From NCBI GenBank assembly GCA_964505085.1, contig CAZDGP010000002.1, positions 32,421 through 96,420 on the forward strand: 64,000 bases of DNA. The letters are read 5' to 3'. The notes under the pieces are model-generated. The model searched no databases. It had not been told where the DNA came from and saw only the letters and a list, made by a program, of their open reading frames with translations. Position 1 is the stretch's first letter; each line of letters begins with the position of its first letter. A program made the position numbers and the translations under genes. Shown here one piece after another: positions 44,336 to 53,218 of the stretch. This stretch comes from an uncultured Thermoplasmatales archaeon. GTDB lineage: Archaea > Thermoplasmatota > SW-10-69-26 > JACQPN01 > CAZDGP01.

Positions 44336-45637
44336 ATGCCCTCCGAGAAGCCCATCCTGCAGGTGGCCCTCGACGTGTACAACATCCACCGCGCCCTGGA
44401 GATCGCGGAGGAGGCCGTGGAGGGCGGCGCCGACTGGGTGGAGGCCGGCACGCCCCTCATCAAGAGCGAGGGGTTGAACGCCGTCCGCGACCTGAAGAAG
44501 GCCTTCCCCGACCGCACCGTGGTGGCCGATATGAAGACCATGGACACGGGGAGCCTCGAGACCGAGATGGCCATCAAAGCTGGCGCGGGCGTCGTGACGA
44601 TCCTGGGCGCAAGCCACGATGGCACCATCCGGGAGGCGGTGGAGGCCGCCCGCAAGTACGGCGGGGAGGTCATGGTGGACCTCATCGGCGTGGAGGACAA
44701 GCCCGCCCGCGCCCGGGAGGTGGAGGAGCTCGGGGCCCACTACGTGGGGCTCCACGTGGGCGTGGACGAGCAGATGGAGGGCCTGAGCCCCGTGGACCTC
44801 GTGCGGGACGTGGTGGAGGCCACGAGCCTCCCCGTGGCCATCGCTGGGGGTCTCACGAGCGAGACCGTGGCGCCCCTCGTGGAGGCTGGCGCCCGCGTCA
44901 TCATCGTGGGCGGGGCCATCCACAAGGCCCAGGACGCCACCGAAGCCGCGAGGCGCCTGCGCCGGGCGCTGGACGATCTGGAGGTGGTGGAGTCCCAGGG
45001 GTTCCGCAAGTTCGACGAGACCGAGCTCCGGGAGGCCTTCACCCTGGCGAGCACCGCCAACGTGAGCGACGCCATGCACCGGGAGGGCGCCATGGACGGC
45101 CTCCACCCGGTGACGGAGGGGGCCAAGGCCGTGGGGCGGGCGGTTACGGTCCGCTGCATGGACGGGGACTGGGCCAAGCCCGTGGAGGCCATCGACGAGG
45201 CGGAGGAGGGCGACGTCCTCGTCATCCGTGTGGACGGCACCGATGCCGCCGTGTGGGGGGAGCTCGCGAGCCACTCCTGCATGATGAACGGCATCGCGGG
45301 CGTGGTCATCGACGGCGCCATCCGGGACGTGGAGGACATCCGCGAGATGGGGTTCCCCGCGTGGGCGCGGGTGGAGCGCCCCAACGCCGGCGATCCCAAG
45401 GGCTTCGGCGAGGTGGGGGTGGAGGTCACGTGCGGGAACCAGCGGGTGCGCGCCGGCGACTGGATCGTGGCCGACGAGAGCGGCGTCGTCGTGGTGCCCC
45501 GGGACCAGGCGGTGGAGCTCGCGAACCGCGCGGTGGACGTGAAGGAGCAGGAGGACCGCCTCCGGGAGGAGATCAAGCGGGGCTCCTCGCTTTCGAAGGT
45601 GCTGAAGCTCAAGAAGTGGGAGAAGGTCGTCGGGTAG
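44336..45637 (+). CDS. Bifunctional 3-hexulose-6-phosphate synthase (N-terminal) and RraA/MenG-family domain (C-terminal).
   Basis: N-terminus ILQVALDV..GADWVEAGTPLIK..VADMKTMD is an HPS/OMPDC fold. C-terminus ..VVIDGAIRDVEDIREMGFPAWAR.. is an RraA-family signature. Confidence 0.85.
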   Translation: MPSEKPILQVALDVYNIHRALEIAEEAVEGGADWVEAGTPLIKSEGLNAVRDLKKAFPDRTVVADMKTMDTGSLETEMAIKAGAGVVTILGASHDGTIREAVEAARKYGGEVMVDLIGVEDKPARAREVEELGAHYVGLHVGVDEQMEGLSPVDLVRDVVEATSLPVAIAGGLTSETVAPLVEAGARVIIVGGAIHKAQDATEAARRLRRALDDLEVVESQGFRKFDETELREAFTLASTANVSDAMHREGAMDGLHPVTEGAKAVGRAVTVRCMDGDWAKPVEAIDEAEEGDVLVIRVDGTDAAVWGELASHSCMMNGIAGVVIDGAIRDVEDIREMGFPAWARVERPNAGDPKGFGEVGVEVTCGNQRVRAGDWIVADESGVVVVPRDQAVELANRAVDVKEQEDRLREEIKRGSSLSKVLKLKKWEKVVG

Positions 45638-45655
45638 AGTCTACCCGACGACCTT
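45623..45655 (+). terminator. Perfect 15-bp stem/3-nt loop hairpin whose 5' arm is the last four codons plus the TAG stop of the HPS-RraA gene.
   Basis: aaggtcgtcgggtag-agt-ctacccgacgacctt. It is followed by two more hairpins (cggatgc-gga-gcatccg at about 45667; ggtggttggata-acgggc-tatccaaccacc at about 45700). Confidence 0.4.
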
Positions 45656-45746
45656 CCGGCCGTGCCGAGGCGGATGCGGAGCATCCGATGAGGTGCGGGC
45701 GTGAAGGTGGTTGGATAACGGGCTATCCAACCACCCATCCACCCCC

Positions 45747-45767
45747 ACCTATAGCGCCCTATAGGGG
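45747..45767. repeat. Palindromic element ACCTATAG-cgcc-CTATAGGGG (same architecture as 1001-1020).
   Basis: Seen directly. Half-sites are 10 bp apart. Confidence 0.5.
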
Positions 45768-45873
45768 CCTCTGGGCCCATGGGTCCAGGGTCCCCGGGTG
45801 CATCCTGCACCTTCCCCCCTACCGCAACCCTCCTACCCATCGAAACATACATCTGCCCTACAGGTGACGCTTC

Positions 45874-46212
45874 GTGCAGTACCTCGCAACGCTCGTGGTG
45901 GTCCTTGACATCCTCGTGGCCGCCTTCGTGGCCACCCTCCTCACGAGGTTCTGGACGGGGGACCACGTGGAGGAGAGCGTCCGGGAGCTCCGGGAGCACC
46001 ACCGCACATGGGCCTGGGGGGCCACGCTCCTCATACCAGGGATCCTCCTGAACGTCCCCGCCACCCTCTCGGCGGGCATGGACAACGCCCTCTGGACGGA
46101 CCTCCTCATGCTCGCGGGGTACCCCTTCTTCATGGCGGGCATCTACCTCATGTACGACTCGACGCACCCGGGGGACCCCGACGACGGCCCCGCGACGGAG
46201 GTGGGAGCATAG
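45874..46212 (+). CDS. Small membrane protein (3 TM), GTG start.
   Basis: MQYLATLVVVLDILVAAFVATLL.. is hydrophobic and protein-like. Confidence 0.5.
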   Translation: MQYLATLVVVLDILVAAFVATLLTRFWTGDHVEESVRELREHHRTWAWGATLLIPGILLNVPATLSAGMDNALWTDLLMLAGYPFFMAGIYLMYDSTHPGDPDDGPATEVGA

Positions 46213-46232
46213 CCCTCGGAGCCATCACGTGG

Positions 46233-46553
46233 ATGGAATGGGTGGTGCTGGGGATCCAGGTCACCATGGCGGGGCTCTTCGGTCTCATCGCCTGGCGGTT
46301 CTACGACCGCGAGCGGGCCGAGGTGGCGGTGGCCCGGTTGCGGGCGCGCCAGGGCGCCTTCGCGGGGTCCATCGCCGGCGTCATCATGGGCATAGTCCTC
46401 ATCACGGAGGGGGACGCGGTGCGCCTAGTGGGGGAGCTGGGGTTCTCCAACGGGATGTTCCTGAGCTTCATCCTCACGGGGTACGTGGTGACGGTCCTGG
46501 GTCTCGCGAGCTTCAACCTCGTGCTGGCCATGGACCTTCCCGCGGAGCCGTGA
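46233..46553 (+). CDS. Small membrane protein (3 TM).
   Basis: MEWVVLGIQVTMAGLFGLIAWRF... The track ORF 46008-46553 over-extends into the previous gene's frame-shifted overlap. Confidence 0.5.
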   Translation: MEWVVLGIQVTMAGLFGLIAWRFYDRERAEVAVARLRARQGAFAGSIAGVIMGIVLITEGDAVRLVGELGFSNGMFLSFILTGYVVTVLGLASFNLVLAMDLPAEP

Positions 46554-46605
46554 GCGGGGTAGATGGTCCACACGTCCAACGCCTCCGCTGGTCCGTCTCG
46601 ATAGG

Positions 46606-46656
46606 CTGAGAAGGGAGGACGGGGGAAGAAGAGGGGGGAGGAAGGGAGGGGAGCGG
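46606..46656. repeat. 51-nt polypurine/polypyrimidine tract (GA-rich on plus; CT-rich on the EF-2 sense strand just after its stop).
   Basis: gagaagggaggacgggggaagaagaggggggaggaagggaggggagcggg. Confidence 0.4.
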
Positions 46657-46659
46657 GTT

Positions 46660-48867
46660 CTACCCAGCGTAGTACGCGGCCCCGTAGGGCTCGGGCTTGA
46701 GGCCCTTCCGCTGCCGGATCTCGCTCGTGACCTCACTGAGGAGGCTCTGGGGCACGCTGTCGAAGCCCGCGTGCTCCGTGCTCCAGAGGGCACGGCCGCC
46801 GGTGGCGGAGCGGATGGCGTTGCTGAACCCGAACATCTCGCCCACGGGTGCCTTGGCGTGGATCGTGGTCATGTCGCCCTCCTGCTCCATGTCCTCGATG
46901 ACGCCGCGGCGCTGCTGCAGCTCCCGCGTGGCGTCGCCCATGACATCCTGGGGTACGCTGATGTACACCTTCTGCATGGGCTCCAGGAGCTCCGTGCCGG
47001 CCTCGGTCATGGCGCCGTAGACGGCGTTCCGCACGGCGGGGATGACCTGGGCGGGACCCCGGTGGATGGCGTCCTCGTGGAGCTTCGCGTCGTGGAGTCG
47101 CACCATGACGCCGCGGCAGGGCTCGTTGGCCCGGGGACCGCTCTCCATCACCTGCTCGTAGGCCTCGATGACGAGCTCGATGGTCTCGTGGAGGTACTGG
47201 ATACCCTTCGTGTCGTCCACGAGGAGGTTGTACCCGCTGGTGGCCCGCCAGTTCCGGATGAAGTCCCGGTCGATGTCCCACTCGTCCGCGAACTCCTTCG
47301 CCAGGTCCTTCGCATCCTGCTTCTTGATCTTCCCCTCGGGGACGTCACCCTCGTGGATGAGGTCCACGATCTGGTCGGGGAGGGGTTCCACGGTGACGTA
47401 GAACCGGTTGTGCTTGTTCGGGGACTTCCCCTCGAACTCCCGGGGGCTCGGCTTCTTGATGTGCTCCCGGTACACCACGATGGGCGGGCTCGTTTCCACC
47501 TCCACCTCGTGCTCATGCACGATGCGGTGCTCGGTGATCTCCAGGTGGAGCTCCCCCATGCCGCTCATGAGGTGCTCCCCGGTCTCCTGGTCGATCTGCA
47601 CCTGGATGCTGGGGTCGGCCTTGCTCACGGAGTGGAGCACCTGCACGAGCTTCGGAAGGTCCCGCATGTGCTTCGCCTCCACGGCCACCGTGACCACGGG
47701 CTCGCTCACGTGCACGATCTTCTCGAAGGGCTCCATGTCGCCCAGGCTCGAGACGGTGGACCCCGCGATGGCGTCCCGGAGGCCCGTGACGGCGACGATG
47801 TTGCCGGCAACGACCTCCTCCACCTGCACGCGGTCGTTCCCCACCATGACGCTCACCTGCTGGGTGCGGTTCGTGCCGGCGAAGCCCAGGATGTGGAGGT
47901 TCTGACCCTTCTGTACGCTGCCGCTGAAGACACGGCCGAAGACCACCTCGCCCGCGTGGGGGTCCATGATGATCTTCGTCACCATGATGGTGATGGGGCC
48001 GCTGGGGTCGGTCTCCACCATGGCCTTGCCCACCTCGGACTCGAGGTCGCCGTCCCAGATGTTGGGGATCCGGTACTTCTGCGCCACGTCGGCGCTGGGA
48101 AGGTGCCGGATGACCATGTTGAGCAGGACCTCGTGGACGGGAGCCTCCTTCCGGAGCTTGAGGAACTCCTCGTCCCGGTTCCAGTTGTAGATGTCCTCGA
48201 AGGTGATGCCGGTCTTCTCCATGTACGGCATGTTGATGGCCCAGTTGTAGAGGGCGGACCCGAAGGCTACGGAACCGTCCTCCACCTTGACCTTCCACTC
48301 GCCCTTGAACTCGTGGGGCACCATCTTCGTGATGAGGTCGTTCACCTGGCGGATGACCTTGATGAACTGCTGCTGCATCTCCTGGGGGTCGACCTTGAGC
48401 TCGTTGATGAGCCGGTCCACCTTGTTGATGAAGAGCACGGGCTTCACCTTCTCCCGGAGCGCCTGCCGCACCACGGTCTCGGTCTGGGGCATGACGCCCT
48501 CCACGGCGTCCACCACGATGACGGCGCCGTCCACGGCGCGCATGGCGCGGGTGACGTCGCCGCCGAAGTCCACGTGGCCGGGGGTGTCGATGAGGTTGAT
48601 GAGGAAGTCATCGCCCTCGAAGTCGTGCACCATGCTGGCGCTGGCAGCGTTGATGGTGATGCCGCGCTCCTGCTCCTGCTCGTCGAAGTCCAGTGCCAGC
48701 TGTTGGCCCGCCAGCTCCTCCGACATCATGCCGGCGCCGGCGAGGAGGTTGTCCGAGAGCGTCGTCTTGCCGTGATCGATGTGAGCCGCGATCCCGATGT
48801 TCCGGATCTGCTCCGGCTCGTACATGATCTCCTTGGCTTTCGCGATGTTGTCCTCTTTCCGTCCCAC
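46660..48867 (-). CDS. fusA: Translation elongation factor 2 (aEF-2), GTG start.
   Basis: [48 protein letters not shown].. matches the EF-2 N-terminus. The track ORF carries a spurious 77-aa N-terminal extension. The diphthamide-region H and the G'' domain are present. Confidence 0.95.
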   Translation of the reverse strand: MGRKEDNIAKAKEIMYEPEQIRNIGIAAHIDHGKTTLSDNLLAGAGMMSEELAGQQLALDFDEQEQERGITINAASASMVHDFEGDDFLINLIDTPGHVDFGGDVTRAMRAVDGAVIVVDAVEGVMPQTETVVRQALREKVKPVLFINKVDRLINELKVDPQEMQQQFIKVIRQVNDLITKMVPHEFKGEWKVKVEDGSVAFGSALYNWAINMPYMEKTGITFEDIYNWNRDEEFLKLRKEAPVHEVLLNMVIRHLPSADVAQKYRIPNIWDGDLESEVGKAMVETDPSGPITIMVTKIIMDPHAGEVVFGRVFSGSVQKGQNLHILGFAGTNRTQQVSVMVGNDRVQVEEVVAGNIVAVTGLRDAIAGSTVSSLGDMEPFEKIVHVSEPVVTVAVEAKHMRDLPKLVQVLHSVSKADPSIQVQIDQETGEHLMSGMGELHLEITEHRIVHEHEVEVETSPPIVVYREHIKKPSPREFEGKSPNKHNRFYVTVEPLPDQIVDLIHEGDVPEGKIKKQDAKDLAKEFADEWDIDRDFIRNWRATSGYNLLVDDTKGIQYLHETIELVIEAYEQVMESGPRANEPCRGVMVRLHDAKLHEDAIHRGPAQVIPAVRNAVYGAMTEAGTELLEPMQKVYISVPQDVMGDATRELQQRRGVIEDMEQEGDMTTIHAKAPVGEMFGFSNAIRSATGGRALWSTEHAGFDSVPQSLLSEVTSEIRQRKGLKPEPYGAAYYAG

Positions 48868-48961
48868 GTGGATCAGCTCCGTGATGAGGGACCTTCGGGA
48901 GAAGGTTCCTTGGATCTTCAAGGGGGGCCCGGGGGCCCGCCTCGGGGGGTATATCGGGCAC

Positions 48962-48977
48962 CTCATTATAAGGCTTT
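48962..48977 (-). promoter_or_regulatory. EF-2 promoter (minus-strand AAAGCCTTATAATGAG), about 70-nt structured 5' UTR.
   Basis: TATA consensus match. A hairpin GGAACCUUCUCCCGAAGGUCC abuts the GTG start. Confidence 0.45.
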
Positions 48978-49187
48978 GGACGCGCGGGAGCGCGCCTCCG
49001 ATGCTCCCCGGTGGGGTCGGTGGGGTATAACGGTTGCGTGAGGAAGGTTGGCAAGGGGGGAGGGAGGATGAGCTCGCGGCCGCGGGATCGCGCTGCAACC
49101 CCGCGACGCGACCTTTGTCGGCTCCGCAGAAGCCCGGAGGGCTTCGAGGATGCCCACCGCGGGAGCGCAGCGAGCGCGGTGGCAGTC

Positions 49188-49490
49188 GCCAAATCAGCGA
49201 GCTGATTTGGCCAGTTCGGAACCGCGCTGCGGTTCCGAAGTTCGACCGTGCCGGGAGAGCCCGAAGGGCCGGCAGGTCAGCCAGACCGAGGAACGAGGGA
49301 GGGCTGGCCTGGCGATGGGCTGGGACCCGGCACGGTCTCTCGCGAAGTCGTCGCTAACGCGGCGGAGATGAAGGAAGGGGTAGAGAACACGCGGAACTGC
49401 GCTGCAGTTCCGCGATGCCACCGAACAGGGGAGAGAAGGGCAGCGACGCCTGTTCGGTGGGCATGGCGAAGTCAGCGAGCTGACTTCGCC
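49188..49490. repeat. Cluster of five palindromic hairpin elements in the S7-EF2 spacer: two type-A (49188-49211, 49465-49490), two type-B (49217-49237, 49392-49412) and one long (49419-49459).
   Basis: Type A is gCCAAATCAGCGAGCTGATTTGGc versus gGCGAAGTCAGCGAGCTGACTTCGCc. Type B is CGGAACCGCGCTGCGGTTCCG versus CGGAACTGCGCTGCAGTTCCG. The substitutions are compensatory and preserve the palindrome. The arrangement A-B...B-X-A is symmetric. Confidence 0.6.
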
Positions 49491-50044
49491 ACCCGCTCGA
49501 CCTCGTCCTTCCGGGAGACCCCGTAGGAACGTTGGTCGTTCTTGCTCCCCTGGATGATCTCCTGGGCGAGGCACTCCGCGATGCCCTTGGGGTTCTTGTG
49601 GCTGGAGTTCACCGCGCCGGTGCAGACGTTGCGGATGGCGGTGTCGAGGCGGCGACCGGGCGCCGTGTCCACGGCCTTGGGGACGCTGATGCCACCGTAG
49701 CGCAGCCGCGTGACCTCCTCGCGGGGTGCGCTGTTCTCCAGGGCCTCCACGAGGACCTGGACGGGGTTCGCGTCGAGCTTGTCGTGGACGATGTCGAAGG
49801 CGTCGCGCACGGCCTTGTAGGCGCTGTGCTTCTTGCCGGTGAACTTCTCACCGCGCATGAGCTCGTTGATGACGCGCTCCACGATGCTCACCTTCTGGTT
49901 GCCGAAGGGGCGGTTCGCGTGGCGGGCGCCGCTGTGGGCGACGATGACGGGCTCGAGGTTGATGTAGTTCTCCAGGCCCTTGTCGTTCACCACGACCTCG
50001 TTCAGGTCCCACTTGTCGAAGAGGAGGGGGGCTTCGTATGCCAT
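49472..50044 (-). CDS. rps7: 30S ribosomal protein S7 (uS7).
   Basis: MAYEAPLLFDKWDLNEVVVNDKGLENYINLEPVIVAHSGARHANRPFGNQK..; the rest of the track ORF is an artefact. Confidence 0.9.
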   Translation of the reverse strand: MAYEAPLLFDKWDLNEVVVNDKGLENYINLEPVIVAHSGARHANRPFGNQKVSIVERVINELMRGEKFTGKKHSAYKAVRDAFDIVHDKLDANPVQVLVEALENSAPREEVTRLRYGGISVPKAVDTAPGRRLDTAIRNVCTGAVNSSHKNPKGIAECLAQEIIQGSKNDQRSYGVSRKDEVERVAKSAR

Positions 50045-50049
50045 GTGGT

Positions 50050-50478
50050 TCACCGCATGGGCTTCTCGATGCGTCCCTCGACGAGCTCCACGAGAGCCAC
50101 GCCGTTCACCTTGATGACCTTGTAGCGCACGCCGGGGATGTCCCCGTAGGAACGGCCCATGGCGCCGCCGATCCCCTCGAGCATGACCTCGTCGTGCTCG
50201 TCGATGTAGTTGATGGCGCCGTCGCCGGGGGCGAAGGCCGTGACCATGCGACCGTTCTTGATGAGCTGCACCTTCACGCACTTGCGGATGGCGCTGTTCG
50301 GTTGCTTGGCCTCGATACCCACCTTCTCCAGGACGATGCCCCGACCTTGGGGTGTGCCCTCGAGGGGGTCGGCCTTCTCCTTGAGCTTGAGAACCCGCTT
50401 CTTGTAGTACCGGTCGCTCCACCGGAACTTCTGCCGGTCCTTCTTGAGCTTCCGGGCAGCGTACTTGCCTTTCGCCAT
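50050..50478 (-). CDS. rps12: 30S ribosomal protein S12 (uS12).
   Basis: [57 protein letters not shown]..; embedded in a 726-aa artefactual track ORF. Confidence 0.9.
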   Translation of the reverse strand: MAKGKYAARKLKKDRQKFRWSDRYYKKRVLKLKEKADPLEGTPQGRGIVLEKVGIEAKQPNSAIRKCVKVQLIKNGRMVTAFAPGDGAINYIDEHDEVMLEGIGGAMGRSYGDIPGVRYKVIKVNGVALVELVEGRIEKPMR

Positions 50479-50570
50479 GGGGAGGTCACCTGCGATGAGG
50501 GGAAGTGCCCGCCGGATCCGGTTCCCACAGGGGGTCGGGGCCAGGGGACGCAGCCCCCGATACGGCATCA

Positions 50571-50585
50571 TCCTATATAAGGTTG
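50571..50585 (-). promoter_or_regulatory. S12-S7 operon promoter (minus-strand AACCTTATATAGGATG), about 65-nt leader.
   Basis: TATA consensus match. Confidence 0.45.
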
Positions 50586-50657
50586 GTGGGGCGTTTCGGG
50601 GGTGGATCCACGGCGGATGCGAGAGGGGGGGAGGGGGTGGTGGGAGCGGCGCCAGTG

Positions 50658-52256
50658 TCAGGCCTCGGCCTCGGCGGCCACGCCGGCGGGACTGGGTTCC
50701 CTTGGCGGTTCGAAGGTGTCCCACTCGATGGGGGAGACGTCGAGCCAGGGGTCGTCCTCCACGGTGGGCTCCTCGCGGAAGCTCCGCCAGATGGCCCACA
50801 CGAAGAAGAGCTGACCCAGCGCCAGCACCCAGGCGCCGATGGTGGCGAGCTGGTTCATGAACTGGAACGCCTCGAGGTAATCGTACACGCGCCGGGGCAT
50901 GCCCGCGAGGCCCACCAGGTGCATCGTCATGAACACGAGGTTCATCCCGATGAGGGTGGTCCAGAAGTGGGCGAGGCCGAGCTTGCGGTCGAGCACGCGC
51001 CCGAACATGCGGGGCCACCAGTAGTAGAGGCCGGCGAAGACGCCCAGCACGCTGCCTCCGAAGAGCACGTAGTGGATGTGGCTCACCACCCAGTAGGTGT
51101 CGTGGAGCTGGTAGTCCACGGGGATGCTCGCCATGAAGATGCCGTCGACGCCGCCGATGACGAACATGGCGAGGAACCCGAGGCACCAGAGGAAGGGGAG
51201 CTTCGTGTTCGTGCGACCGCCCCAGATGGTGGCGATCCAGTTGAACATCTTGACGCCCGTCGGGACGCCGATGATCATGGTGGTGAACATGAACCCGGCG
51301 CGGATGCGGGGGTCGATGCCCGTGGTGAACATGTGGTGGGCCCACACGGTGAAGCCCAGGAACCCGATGGCGCTGATGCTGTAGGCCATGGCGTGGTACC
51401 CGAAGATGGGGCGGTCCACCATGCGGGGGATGATCTCGCTGATGATGCCCATGGCGGGGAGGATCATGACGTAGACAGCGGGATGGCTGTAGAACCAGAA
51501 GAGGTGCTGGTACAGGACGGGGTCGCCGCTGGCCACGAAGAAGAGCGTCCCCAGGTTCCGGTCGAGGAAGTTCATGAGGATCGCGTTCCCGATCATGGGC
51601 GTGGCGAAGGTGATGAGCACCGCCGTGATGAACTGAGCCCACACGAAGAGGCTCATGTTGTGGAAGTGGATGCCGGGCTTCCGCATCTTGAGGGTGGTGA
51701 CGATGAAGTTCACGGCACCCATCATGCTGCTGATGCCCACGAGGTGGATGGCGGTGATCCACAGGTCCACGCCGGGGGCGCCGGCGGACCCGATCTGGGA
51801 GCCTGCGACGCCGGCAAGCGGCGGGTACGCGGTCCAGCCCACGGCGGCCACCGTCTCCCCGAACTCGATGCCCGGGAGGAACCCGATGATGACGCCGGTG
51901 TAGAGGAGCATGCCGGCGCTGAGGTACGTCCAGTAGCTCAGGGCGTTGAGCCGGGGGTAGGCCATGTCGGGGGCGCCGATGAGGAGCGGCAGGAAGTAGT
52001 TCCCGAAGGCCGCCATGATGGGGATGATGAAGAAGAAGATCATCGTCGTGCCATGGAGGCTGAACATGTTGTAGAAGAACCCGGGGTCCACGATGGTCCG
52101 CCCCGTGCTCCAGAGCTCCGTGCGCACGATGAGGGCGGCGATGCCACCCAGGAGGAAGAAGACGGCGCTCGTCCAGAGGTAGAGGATACCGATCTTCTTG
52201 TGGTCCGTGGTGAGGACCCACCGCTTCCACGCGGGGACGTTGCCGTGGGCACCCAC
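50658..52256 (-). CDS. Heme-copper oxidase subunit I (cytochrome c oxidase CoxI).
   Basis: 532 aa, 12 TM. Canonical His ligands (..[19 protein letters not shown]..) and the GTG start codon 52254-52256. Confidence 0.9.
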   Translation of the reverse strand: MGAHGNVPAWKRWVLTTDHKKIGILYLWTSAVFFLLGGIAALIVRTELWSTGRTIVDPGFFYNMFSLHGTTMIFFFIIPIMAAFGNYFLPLLIGAPDMAYPRLNALSYWTYLSAGMLLYTGVIIGFLPGIEFGETVAAVGWTAYPPLAGVAGSQIGSAGAPGVDLWITAIHLVGISSMMGAVNFIVTTLKMRKPGIHFHNMSLFVWAQFITAVLITFATPMIGNAILMNFLDRNLGTLFFVASGDPVLYQHLFWFYSHPAVYVMILPAMGIISEIIPRMVDRPIFGYHAMAYSISAIGFLGFTVWAHHMFTTGIDPRIRAGFMFTTMIIGVPTGVKMFNWIATIWGGRTNTKLPFLWCLGFLAMFVIGGVDGIFMASIPVDYQLHDTYWVVSHIHYVLFGGSVLGVFAGLYYWWPRMFGRVLDRKLGLAHFWTTLIGMNLVFMTMHLVGLAGMPRRVYDYLEAFQFMNQLATIGAWVLALGQLFFVWAIWRSFREEPTVEDDPWLDVSPIEWDTFEPPREPSPAGVAAEAEA

Positions 52257-52257
52257 G

Positions 52258-53130
52258 CTAGATCACCCCCACGTAGATGACGAGGTAGAGGACGATCCAC
52301 ACCACGTCCACGAAGTGCCAGTAGATGGCGAAGGCGGCGAGGCTCGTGTGGCGCTCGGTGCTGTAGGCCCCCTTGAGGGTGCGGTAGAGGGCCACGCCCA
52401 GGAGGCAGATGCCCAGGAGCACGTGGACCCCGTGGGTGCCCGTGAGGAGGTAGAAGATGCTGCCGAACTGGCTGCTTCCGAGGGTGAGGCCGTGGCTGAT
52501 GAGCCCCATGTACTCCTTCACCTGGACCGCGAGGAAGATGATGCCCAGGAGGATGGCTCCCACGAGGCCGTTGCGGAGCCCATCGAGGTCGTTCCCGTCC
52601 TTGAGCTTCTTCTCACCCCAGTGGAGCACGAAGCCGCTGGAGACCAGGATGGCGGTGTTCACGGTGACGAGGGCAAGCTCCTCGGTGACGAGGTGGTGGG
52701 CCTCGGCCCACGCTTGAGGGTCGGCCGCCCGGAAGACGAAGTAGGTCGCGAAGAGCCCGCCGAAGAGCATGACCTCCGTGGCCAGGAACCCGACGATGCC
52801 CCACCATCCCACGGGCTTCCCCGGGCGGACGCCGGGGAGGCGGTACCCGGTCTCCCAGTCGTGCATGGCCTCGCCAGCCCAGCGGAGGAGACCCCAGGCC
52901 ACCACGGCGAGGCCGAGAGGCGCGATGACGGGCACCGGAAGGATCCACGCGCCCACGGGCAGCTCGAAGGCGAGGCCCAGGTACGCGAAGAAGGCGCCGA
53001 CACCCACGATGAGCGGTGCGGTGCTGAGGTGGTGCTCCACCTCGTGCTCGTCCTCGGTGACGGACCCGTCGGACCCGGTAGCCGCCTGCGTGGCCAAGGG
53101 TGGTTTCCTCCGCGCGGCGGATGCCCCCAT
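52258..53130 (-). CDS. Cytochrome c oxidase subunit III.
   Basis: CoxIII-like helices (..GVHVLLGICLLGVALYR..HFVDVVWIVLYLVIY). ATG 53128-53130 chosen over the track's upstream TTG. Confidence 0.85.
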   Translation of the reverse strand: MGASAARRKPPLATQAATGSDGSVTEDEHEVEHHLSTAPLIVGVGAFFAYLGLAFELPVGAWILPVPVIAPLGLAVVAWGLLRWAGEAMHDWETGYRLPGVRPGKPVGWWGIVGFLATEVMLFGGLFATYFVFRAADPQAWAEAHHLVTEELALVTVNTAILVSSGFVLHWGEKKLKDGNDLDGLRNGLVGAILLGIIFLAVQVKEYMGLISHGLTLGSSQFGSIFYLLTGTHGVHVLLGICLLGVALYRTLKGAYSTERHTSLAAFAIYWHFVDVVWIVLYLVIYVGVI

Positions 53131-53218
53131 CTGGTAGAAGTAGTTTTCCCCGACCTCCGGTGGACCACCGTGGAGCAAACATTTTTAGCAACCTTCTCCG
53201 TTGCGCCCCCCAGTCCCC

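Noticed and set aside
49034-49357. ORFs inside the S7-EF2 spacer (49011-49205, 49034-49357, 49150-49371, 49194-49574).
   Set aside because: Arg-rich nonsense-like translations overlapping the palindromic hairpins. The region is better explained as non-coding structured DNA/RNA.
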